From assembly GCA_036172245.1 (NCBI GenBank), contig JAYWIR010000009.1, forward strand, positions 1 through 64,000: a DNA stretch of 64,000 nt. The letters are read 5' to 3'. Numbering within the stretch: position 1 is the first letter of the stretch; every line of letters begins with the position of its first letter. The position numbers and the translations under genes are program-made. The DNA comes from Raillietiella orientalis. Its lineage: Eukaryota. A model generated the notes under the pieces. It saw only the letters and a list, made by a program, of their open reading frames with translations, searched no databases and had not been told where the DNA came from. Positions 47,466-58,639 of the stretch are shown piece by piece.

Positions 47466-49601
47466 ATTTCCATAAGGCGTTCGACTGTGTAGACCGGGAA
47501 CTCCTTTTGGAGCTCCTGGGTCGCCTGGGCTTCCCACCCTCGTTGATATCCTTCCTGCGCTCTTGCTGGCGGAATGCGATGATTACCGTCTCTTTCAGCG
47601 GCCACAAGGTGTATGGCGTGCCGGTGCGGCGGGGCATAAGGCAGGGAGATCGACTCAGCCCCCTGCTCTTTCGCACGTACTTTCAGTTGGTGCTGAGAGC
47701 GTACCGGGTGACTTTGGCCCCCTTGCAGAGCTCGTGCCCCGGCACGCCCGCCTTATGTGTTTATGGCGATGATCTTCAGCTCCTGCTACCTATGTCCACC
47801 CCGGCGAAGGCGGTCGGAGATTTCTTCGACCTGCTCAACCGCGGGACCGGACAGCAGGTGCACAGGGCGAAGTCGTCATTGTTGCCAGTTGGTGCGGCGT
47901 GGGCAGGGCAGCAGGACTGGGTCCGTTTGAGGATCCTCACGGCGAGGTGCATCAAGTACCTTGGTGTGCCGTTGGGGGACTTCTACCCTGTGGAAGCGTG
48001 GTCCAGCTGCCTCCAAAAAGTCGAGACGGCGATCGGCTCGTTCCTAGAAGGCAAGTTTCACTTGCCGGAACGAACCGCGGTTTGGAACAACTTGGCGGCC
48101 CCCATCCTCCGCCCCTTGCTTTTTGTTTGCCCCGCCCCAGGAGTTTTTAAAAAGAGGACGAAGGACCTCCTCCGCATCGCCCTTTGGGGAAAGGGGAGGC
48201 ACTGAGACCCTTTGAAGGACCTTTGCGCTCCTCGTCGGGGCGGCGGACTTAGCCTCCTGACGCTGGAGCGCGTATAGAAACAGCTGCGATGGCATACCCT
48301 CGCCATCGCAGCGAAGATGTGGAGCACCCCGTGGTGCATTCCGGCTCGCCTCCTAGCCAGTCGTGTGTCCCGGTGCGAGGGACTCGCGTCTTTTCTTCTG
48401 TGCCCCGGCCGGAAGATCAGAAGATGCGGCCTACAGCTCGGGCGCATGGCATCGTTGGCCATGGAGAACAGCTGGATAGTTTGCTGCCCCGCCAACTCCT
48501 CCGCTTCGCTGGAGGAGAACATCGGAACGTGGGCAGTAGTGAATCAGCAAAGCCACGTAACGTGGAATCGTCTCTGAGGCAGACCCTATGCCCGATGCAC
48601 GTTGCAGAATCTCCTGGAGAGTCCAGCAAGATGCACGTGGGCAGAGACGACCTCCCTAGCTACGGCGCTGCCCTTCCTGAAGAGGGCACTTCACAGCAGC
48701 CGGACGCCAAGGTGGCAAGTCTCCTGCTGCATCAAGGGACGCGAAAAGTTGATCAGCGGCTGGACAACAGGAGAACTGGCAGACGCCACGACCTCGAGCG
48801 TCCAGCCGCGAAAACTAATAAGATGGGGCGAGCTGCTGGCCATCCCTATGGATGTGCTGAAGTGGCCCCCGCTTCTTCAGGAATCCAGGATCCTGCCCCT
48901 TAAGTGGAAAGAGTCGGCGTTGCTGTTGTTGCATTGGGGTCTACCCTGCAACGCACGCCGCTCTCACTGGACAAGGGGAGTTGTGGATCCTGCGTGTGTC
49001 AGGTGCGGAGAGCGGGAATCGCTCTCCCACCTTATTGTGGACTGTGCTGCCCTTCGTCCCCTTTGGGAACGGTTTGGGACGATCCTCGGTCTCCCAACGG
49101 GCAGTTCCCCGAGAGACGTTCTTTAGGCCGGAAGAGGGGCCGGAGACGTTCTTCGGCCCCTCTTCGTGAAGGACGCCCTGCAGCCAGCCGCAGCCCTTGC
49201 AGCCTTGTGCTGCGTCCGAGGCATCGTGGCGGCATGGAGCGACACCAACAAGGAAGGAGTGTGTCAACACGCGAGGGATGTCATCCCATATGCCCAACGC
49301 TTCTTGCGAAGAGCTGCCGGATGGCCCCAACTGGGGAATATGCAGACTGACCTCGAGGGCTTCGTTCGATGGATGGGCCCTCTCCACAGCGAACAGTGAT
49401 CCCTTCCCTGCCCTCCAACTTCTTTTAGTTTGTTTCTTTTTATTTTACTTTTTGTCTTATCCCCATCCCCCTTCGCTGTCGGGGAGTGCCACGCCGGGCT
49501 GCGTCCCGGTGTCCCGACAGGTCCTGTGTTTACGGCCGTGGTGGGGCCTTGTACCACGCATGTAAAGTTTATTAATAAACGCCCCGGGCGTACCCGGGTG
49601 A
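47466..49601 (+). mobile_element. Family B 3' part (from HKAFD), probably the distal half of B2
   Basis: Closely similar to B1 7295-9395. 3' hairpin 49574-49600. Confidence 0.87.
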
Positions 49602-49616
49602 TAACGCCCAATCCCC

Positions 49617-52600
49617 GCTGTGGTGAGCGGACGTGCTTTTCCTGCGCTCCGCCTGCGTGGCAAAGCGAGTGTTTTTTCTTCTTGAGTGATTTGTGGGTGC
49701 ACATCGTCGGTGTCCGATGGCAGCGTTGCCAGAGGACACCGCGATGGAAGTAGGCGTGATGGAGGCTTGTTCGTCCCCACAGCCTACTGGATTAGGGGCA
49801 TGCGCCCCGGAATCGTCCCCGGCGACGCCGAGGTCATGGAGCGCCATGGTGGCCGCGCCTAGCGTGGAAGCCATGGCCGAGATGGAAGCCTACAAGAAAG
49901 CGGGGTATAAACCCTCGCTAGTCTACAAGGTAGGCAACCTTTTCGATGGGCGAACTGCACGCGCCTTTACGAAGGCGCTGCAGAACGCCAATATTTTTGA
50001 AAAAGATCTCGACGGCCTCTGCGTCCTCAGCGGCGGGCAGCGGGTCGAGGTGGTATGCAAGGATATCACCTTGGCCCGACACCTGATCACCGACCCGCTG
50101 ATCGTTGATGGTCGGAAGATCTTGCCGATAACGATGGACCGCTCGGTGGTGGTCCATCTCACTGGGATCTCAAGTCGCATGACGAGGTCAGCGGTTCGAG
50201 AACAGCTTCAAAAGCACGGAGAAGTGCACGCGTTGTGGCCGAAGTCCACGATTTTCCAAGGCTACAATAGCCTTTTTGGAGGTCAAGCTGCGGCGCGTAT
50301 CACAGTAAAAGAGGGTGGTGCGCTTCCCCAGAAGCTGGAGGTCTGCCAAGAAGCGGTGGACCTCATGGTACGTGGGGAAACGCCAATTTTGTGGCTACTG
50401 CAATGCAGTGGGGCATCTACGAAAAAGGTGCCCGAACATTGTGTGCCACCTATTCGGCGAAAAGGGTCACGTTCGGCGTGTGTGCCCCAAACGCCCCACC
50501 CCGGTGCCCCCTGCCGCCAAAAAGGCTCAGGGAAAACGTGGAAAGCTGGTAGAAAGACCAACTCGCGAAAATGGCCGTTCCGAACTGCCAGCCTCCCTTC
50601 CTCCCGTACAGACGTCGGAGGAAAGAGCTGTCTTGAACGCGGAAATGGAGGAAGGTTGGCAACTGGTTCAGGCCAGAAAAGAAAAAAATAAAGAAAAAGT
50701 GATGCCAGAAGAAAAGTCGCAGAAGAAAACTGCCGGCAACAAGAAAAAAGCCACGCCGCTTTCAAAAAAAAAACAACTCCGCGAATGCTCGGTGGCACTG
50801 GAACCCTAAGCCGTTCCTGCCGAGTCCGCCCGCGGCAATGTTCGCGGAACAGCTGATGCGGACGCGATGAATACTCGCGTAGACAAGCCCATTCTACGTT
50901 TAGAGGGTGAGACGCGAGACTCGCGCGCCGACAGCCAGGACGACGCGCTCGATAAAGTCGCAGAGGAGCCCGCGGCAACGGTCGCCGCTGGCGAAGACGC
51001 GGCCTTCGAGAAAGCGGCCGAGGAGCTCGCAACAACGGTCGCCGCTGGCGAAGACGCGCCCTTCGAGAAAGCGGCGGAGCTCCCAGCAACGCTCGTCGAG
51101 CGCGAAACCCCGTCGCGCAAGGGCGTACGCAGGTCGGCTCCGACGAACATGGCCCCCGCAGGTGAGTGCGACCTCGGGGCCGGAAGCGGATCCTCCTCCT
51201 CGGAGGCACCTCCAGGAAGTCGGGACGCAAGTAACAGAAACCCAGGAGGCGCCTCCCCTCCACCAGCGAGGAGAAACCGGAAGGAAGCGGCAGCGTGGGA
51301 ATCCCGGAGGGGGAACACCCACGCCCGGAAGCCATCGAGTCGGCCACCCCCATGGAGGAGGGTGAGCAGGGGGGTGAAGTCCTCCCTGCAGTCGCGAAAC
51401 CTGAGCAGCCCGAACCCATGGAGGAGGGCGAACAGGTAGGCGCGACTCCACCTGCGGGTGATCCGGCCGACGCGGCGGCACCGATGGAGGAGGAAGAACA
51501 GGTGCCTTCAGTACCTGTCCCCCCTCCCCCTCCACCTAGCGTCCCGCCCCAGCAGGTGGCCGACGCATCATCGCCGTTTTCCCAGGACTGACACCTGGGC
51601 TCGCCAGCCGCCGTCGTATTCGCGCGGCCTGTTGTAACGTCAACGGGCTGCGCGACGACGGCAACAGGCGAGATACGGCCGACACCCTGCGTGAGCTCGA
51701 CCTGGCGCTGCTGCAGGAGATCCACGTGATTACCGCGGCAGACACCCAGAAGATCGAGACGATCGCGGGGAGTCGGTTGTATTGGCGATGCGGCCTCCGC
51801 AACACCTGCGGGGTCGCGTTCTTCGTGAAGCCGGCCATCGACGCTGCCGTAAAGGGCGTGCGGATTTTTGACGACGGTCGGATCGGTCAGCTGATTCTCA
51901 GCTGTTACGACTCGATCGACCTAATCGTCCCAAACGTGTATGGTCCCAGCGGCAAACAGGGGTACCGCGACCGCACCAGGCTGCTGGAAACCCTGAAGCG
52001 CGACTGGCTGGCGGATACCAATGTGCGAAAGGCTCACTTGATAGCGGGAGATTTCAATCTCCGCCTGCTAAGAGGTGAGCCTGAAACACAAGAGAACGCG
52101 ATGAACGAGTTGTGCGTTGCCATGCGTACGCGCAACTCGTTCCTCCCGGATTGCCAGGATGATATTCGAGGTTATGTCTCGCGACAAAGGACTCCCGTCG
52201 AGGGCCTTGCGGCTGCCTGGGGAGTGGACGCGGCTCTCAGTTGCGAAGGAACACCTTCGTCGATTTCTGAGAGGCGTCACCCTCCGGAATCTCGCTGACT
52301 GGGACCTCTTTAAGGAATCGGTCCGCGAGTTCTCCGAGCAGTTCCCCTTGGAACGCCTGCGCCCCGGATTTGGCGAGGGCCCTGGCAACCATCGGGCCTA
52401 TTTACAGGCCCTCCGGTACGAGAGAACCCTCAACGTCCGTCGCCTAGCAGAATACCGAGCCGGGGCCGAGCGCCATGCCTGGCAATCCGGGTCGGCCAGC
52501 TTGCTGGACGACCAGGGCCTGGAACGCTCGGCCCCACCCGCGATCAGGCACCTCTTGCGACGGTTCTACTCCTCCCTCTACGCCAAGGCACCCCCAGAGC

Positions 52601-55291
52601 GTGATGCCTCGCGGCTCCTGCTTCCGGACGGAGCTCCGGCAATAGGGGAGGAAGAAACCATTAGCCTCGACGAGCCTTTTAGCACCGGCGAAATTCTCGC
52701 CGGTATTAAAAGGCTCAAGAGGAGGAAAGCTCCAGGGGAGGACGGCCTGCCCGCGGAGTTCTTCCAATGCTTCGCGACAGAGTTGGCACCCCTGGAGCTT
52801 CAGTTGACCAGGCTGATCGGAGACGAAGGTGGCGTTCCCGCCTCGTTTCGGTCAGCCAGAGTGAGGCTTCTCCCTAGGGGAGGAGACCTGAAAACACTGA
52901 ACAATTGGCGTCCTGTCACAATTGTGAACACGGACGCCAAGCTGATTGCTGGGCTGTGGGCTTCGCGTGTAGGACAGGTGGCAGACTCCATAAGTAGCCT
53001 GGAGCAGACATACGCTGTTCCCGGGCGAAGTATGGATCCCAACCTGTTCTTGGCGAGCACATGGTTCCATATCCAAAAATGTCACAGAGAAACAGTGACA
53101 AGGATTGGCAACCCCACTTTGGGGCCGCCAGCTGGGCTGGGAAAGGACACCAAGGCAGAGAAGGGGGCCCTAGCGATCGCAGTCGATCTGCCCAAAGCGT
53201 TCGATTGCGTGGACCAGGAACTTCTTCTGGAGCTCCTGGATCGCATGGGCTTTCCGGACACTTTACTGGGTTACCTACGCGCCTGATGGCGCAATGCGAT
53301 CATTAACGTATTTTTCAGAGGACAGCATGTGTTCGGCGTACCGGTAAGGCGCGGCATCCGGCAGGGCGACAGCCTGAGTCCCCTACTCTTCAGCACCTAT
53401 TTCGAACTGGTGCTGAGAGCATACATGGTGACATTGGCTGCTTTGGAAAGCTCGTGTCCAGGTACGCCGGCCGTGTCGGCGTACGCTGACGATCTTTTGC
53501 TCCTGCTGCCCTTGTCCGCCTCGGCTTCGGCAGTCGAAGATTTCTTCGACTTGTTGAGCCGTGGGACAGGACTACAGGTGAACAGGACGAAGTCATCGCT
53601 GATTGCGGTTGGTGCTACGTGGGCAGGACGACCTGATTGGATCCGCATGGGGATCCCCACGGACAGCTACTTAAAGTACCTCGGCGTTCCGTTGGGAGAC
53701 TTCTGTCAGTCAGAAGCCTGATCAGGTCGTCTCCAAAAAGTGGAGTCAACGATCGGTCCGTTCCTGGAAGGCAAGCTTCACTTGCCGGAACGGGCCGCGG
53801 TGTGGAACGCGTTCGCGGCCCTCCTCCTTCGCCCTCTGCTTTTTGTTTGCCCTGTACCCCGTGAACTGATATAAAGAACAAAGGACCTCCTACGCATCGT
53901 GCTGTGGGGCGGCGGGAGGCCTCGTGTGCCTTTAAAGGATTTGCGCGCTCCACGTTGGGACGGAGGTCTTAGCGTTCTGACGATGGAGCAAATGGAAACA
54001 CAGCTGCGATGCCGCACCCTAGGCATCGCTGCAAAGACGTGGAACACCCCCTGGTGCGTCCCGGCCCGCATCTTCGCCAACCGTGTATCGAGGACGCAAG
54101 AACTAGCGTCTTTCCTTCTGTGCCCCGGTCGGAACGTCAGGAGATGCGGCGTTCTCCTTGGGCGCCTGGAATCCCTGGTGAGAGAGAACGGTTGGACGGT
54201 ATGCAGCCCCGCCAACTCCTCCGCTTGGCTGGAGGAATCCGTTGGGACGTGGGCCAAGCTGAACCTCCATACTGGACGTGAATGGAACCGCCTTGGACTC
54301 GGCCCCAACGCCTGCTGCACCCTACGGACCACTCTGGAGTGTCCCGCCAGGAGCACGTGGGCAGAGACCACCCCTTTGGCTTCGACGCTGCCCTTCCTAC
54401 GAAGGGCTCTAACCAGCGGCCGGACGCCGAAGTGGCACGTCTCCTGCCGGATCGCAGGCAGGAAGAAGAAAATGAGCCGTTGGACCATGGGTGAACTGGC
54501 AGATGCCACGATCCCGAGTGCCTTCCCGCGTGGACTTGTTAGATGGGGCGAGCTGCTCGGCATCCCGACGGATGACCTGAAGTGGCCCCCAGTATTAATC
54601 GGATCCAGGCTTCTCCCGCTAAAGTAGCAAGAGTCGGCAGTGCTCCTGTTGCACTGGGGTTTACCATGCAACGCGCGCCGCTTCCACTGGACGCGAGGAA
54701 GTGTAAGCCCTGAGTGTGCCACGTGTGGGGAGCGGGAATCGCTCCCGCACCTTCTAGTTGACCGTGCTGCCATCCGACTAATGCGGGAACGGTTCGGGAC
54801 GACCCTCGGGCTCCCAATGGGCAGCGCGTCCAGAGACGTTCTTCGGCCCCTCTTCGTGCGGAACGCCCTGAAGCCCGCCGCAGCCCTCGCAGCCCTCTGC
54901 TGCATCCGGGACATCGTGGCGGCCTGGAGCGACATTATCGACGAAGGAGTGGATGCCAACGGGAGGGAAGTCATCCCGTATGCTGTGAGCTTCATGCGAA
55001 GTGCTGCGAGATGGCCCCATCTGGGACAAACGCAGAAGGACCTGGAGGGCATCCTGCGAAGGATGGGCCCTCCTCATTATGGATAGTGATCCCTTCCCCT
55101 ACCCCCAAACTCCTTTTGTTTTCCTTTAATTTATTTTTTTTTGTTTTCTCCCAAGCTGCGCTCCACTGCCGAGGAGCGTCACGCCGGGCTCCGTCCCGGC
55201 GTCCCGGCAGGTCCGGTGTTGTGCGGCCTTTAGTGGGGCCTCGTACCACGTTTTTGTAGTTTCAATAAACGCCCCGGGCGTACCCGGGTGG
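49617..55291 (+). mobile_element. Family B copy 3, full length, decayed and mosaic
   Basis: Same 5' end as B2 (GGACGTG at 49629). ORF1, APE with uninterrupted GDFNLRLL, RT, zf-RVT. 3' hairpin 55264-55291. Confidence 0.92.
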
Positions 55292-57571
55292 CATCCCCAA
55301 ATCCCCAGGGCAAGCGGTGCACAGGGAACTCCTCGCAGAACTCGCGGACCGAGGTCTTCATGCCGTCCCAGTCTTGGAGATTCTGGAGGATGAGCCTCCC
55401 AGTACTTGGCAGAGATGTTCCGCGGCACCTCAGATGCGCGTCCAGTCCCCGAGCAGACGCCACGCCCTTGATGGTGGTCCTTTGTCGCGAGGCATAACCT
55501 CGAATATCAACCGGAAATGGTCCGATAGCGTCGACGGAAGTTTCCCTCGTCTGCCGACCCGTGGGCACGGGTCGGCGTCAAGGAAGACGTGGTCTACGTT
55601 TTAAACTATTTCCGATAGGTCCCCCAAAAAGTTGCGCGTGCGCACAGCAGCGCACAGCTCGTTGGCTGCGTCTTTTTCCCCGCAAGGCACACCTGAGAGC
55701 AGGCGGATGTTGAAATCCCCACCGATCAGATGCACTTTGCGTACGTTTGTATCCGCCGGACAGTCGTGCTTCAGGGTTTCGAGGAACCGGGAACGTTCCC
55801 GTACCCGCATCCTCCGCTCGGAGCGCACACATTGGTCACGACATCGTCGATCGAGTCGGACCACCTAAGGATGAGCTGGCCAACCCGACTGTCCTTGTTG
55901 AAGCGTACGTCCTTGACGAAGGCGGGGACTGCTGGCTTCATAAAAAAGGCGACGCCACAGGTGTTGCGAGCGCCGCATTGCCAAAACAGACGACCACCTG
56001 CAATCCTCTCGATCTCCTGGGCGTTCTCCGCGGTGATCACGTGGATCTCCTGCAGGAGCGCCAGTTCGAAGTCGCGCAGGGTGTCGGCCGTATCCCGCCT
56101 GTTGCCGTCGTCGCGCAGCCCGTTCACGTTCCAGCAGGGTACGCGGATCCTACGCCGACAGGCGAGCCCAGGTGTTAATCCTGGGAAAGTGGCAATGGGG
56201 CTTCGCCACCTTGTCGGGCTGGACGCTAGGAGGAGGGGGTGCGTCGCGCACCGCGTCTCCCTCCTCCATGGGGGACGTGTCTTCGTCAGGGCCGTGCAGA
56301 GGAACGGGCGGTTTCACCCACCTGAACTTCCTCCTCCATGGGGGTCGCCAGCTGCACGGTGTCGAGAAATGAGAGATTCCCACCCTCGCCTCCCATGCTG
56401 CCGGCTTCCCCCTCGGGTGCCAGTTCATCCTCCTCCTTGATCCGTATGCGCCTCCTGGGATTCTGGGACTTGCGTCCCGTCTTCTTTGGTGGCGCCTCCG
56501 TTGAGGAGGACGCACTTCCGGCATCCGGTTCGGCCTCACCTGCATCCGGAGCCTTCCCCGCGGCCGGCCTTCGTAAGCCTTTCCGGGAGTTCTTCTCACG
56601 GCCTTGCAGTTCTGCCTCGAGTTCTTCCACCGACTGCTGGAAGGCGGCCTCCTCGATCGCGTCGAGCGTGGCGCGCGGTTCCCCCTCTGTTTCGCCAGAG
56701 GGTTCACCATCGAACGTCGCGGCTTCGGCGGACGCGAGGGGGGGGATTGCTCCCCCGGTGGCGGCATCGGGTGCCTCCACACGTTCTAATTTTACCGAAC
56801 ACGCGCGGAGCTTTTCGCGGCACGGTTTTTCGCGCTGCGTTTTTGTTTTCCCCGCGCTTCGTTCGGGACTCCAGGGCTTTCTTCTGGGCTGTACCGTCTG
56901 CCAGCCTTCGCCGTCGCCAGCGTCGTCGGGAGTGCTCTCAACCGACGTTTGCTGCGATGGCTTAGGGACTGGCATCTGGCTCCTTACGGCCTGCTTCATG
57001 GTATTCGTCTCTCCCACCCGTTTCCCCTTTGCCTTTTTGGCAGCGGGAGGGACCGGGATTTCTCGTCTTGGGCACACCTTGCGGATGTGGCTCTTGTTTC
57101 CACATAAGTGGCATTGGATGTTTGGGCACCGTTTTTTTAGATGCCCTGTAGCATCGCAATGGCCACAATATTTGGGCTTTCCCACGTACCAAACATCGAC
57201 TTTTTCTTCGCCGATATTCAGTTTGTGGGGAAGCCCACCATTCTCCAGTAGTGTGACGCGGGCAGCGGCCATCCCACTGAATAGCTTTCCGTACGTTCGG
57301 AACACATTGGGTTCGTCCCAATACGCGTGCACTCTACTGTGTTTTGACAACTCCTCATGGACGCTGGTTTTGTCCATTCGGAGTGATACGCCCGTGAGGT
57401 GGACCACGACGGAGCGGTCCTCCGTCACAGGGAAGATCCTGCGGCCGTCCACCGTAATAGGGGTGTTCAGCAGTGGCTGCGCCAGACTTGCCTCTTTGCG
57501 TGTCAGCTTAACTCGCTGGCCCCCACTAAGGAAGGATAGGCCTAAAAGGTCCTCCTCCCTCACGTTCAACC
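55292..57571 (-). mobile_element. Element K (most of ORF1 plus APE up to RLPWGFG), probably the 5' half of G
   Basis: CGHC..GH..C, CHLC..SH..C, WNVNGL, LQEIH, GDFN. Ends at the motif where G begins. Confidence 0.85.
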
Positions 57572-58625
57572 TTTGGTTTTTTTTGTGTTTCTTTAGGTTT
57601 TTTGTTTGATACGACTTTCCAGCCTTCCTCTTCGGCAGTTGGCTCAGAAGTCTCCTTTTGGGGCTCCTGCTCCTTGTGCACGACTTCTTCTGAGGTCTGC
57701 TGTTGGTCGCTCGTTTTATTTTCTGCCTTCTTCCCCTCATTTGTCGAAGGGGCTGAAGGCGTTGTCGCGGCGTTTTTCGGGCACACAGCACTAGTGTGAC
57801 CCTTAAAGCCACACGTTGGGCATGTGGCGTCCGGGCATCTCTTTTTGAGATGACAAAACGTGTTGCACACCCCACAGTATTTTTCCTTCCCCACGTACAG
57901 AGGTCAACGAGCTCGTCGTTGACTTCCAGCTTGTGGGGAAGTTCTTTGTTTTCGCGGAGAGTTACGCGTGCGGCAACTCGCCCACTGAATGCGCCTCGAT
58001 AAGTAAAGGTGTTGGGCTTCGACCACATCGCGTATATCTCCGCGAACTTGTTGATTTCAGTGCGGATGGCTTCGTCGCTCATCCGCACCGTTGTACCGGT
58101 TAGGTGGATCACCATGGAGTGATCCACCGTGTGTGGGAGGAGATTCCGCCCTTCGAACGGAACGGGCGTGCAGAGCAGTTTGTGCATGAGCGCTGCATCT
58201 CTGCAGATGAGCTCCGCGAACTGCCCCCCGCTCCGAACCGAGAAGCACAGAATCTCCTCGTCAGAGATACCCATCCTACGGATGGCGTTTCCAAATTTCC
58301 GCGTTGTAAGCGGAGAATATAAATTTTCTATCTTGTAAACGAGGGCAGGGTTGTAGCCCTCCTTTATGTAGGCCTGTACTTCGGCGGCCACGTCCGGCGG
58401 AGCCGCCGCGGCCACTTTATTCCATGCCCTCGTCGGGGCGGCGGGGGCCGATTTTGTGGTGGGGCATGACATTACATCCATGGGTTGAGGACACGTGGGT
58501 CTCACGCCTCCCGTCGCAGGTGCTGAGGCGTCTTCAGGCATTGCTGCCTTCCAACGGCCGCACTTCCACTGGATCTGCTTTCTTGTTTCGTTCAAGGGAG
58601 CTAGTGAAAAACGTGTCGCGTTTAA
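57572..58625 (-). mobile_element. Element N, 5' UTR plus ORF1 N-terminus (F-like family)
   Basis: TRAWNKVAAAAPPDVAAEVQAYIKEGYNPALVYK; knuckles CGVC..CHL..C and CPTC..GH..C. Confidence 0.82.
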
Positions 58626-58639
58626 AACTCCTGTTCGCC

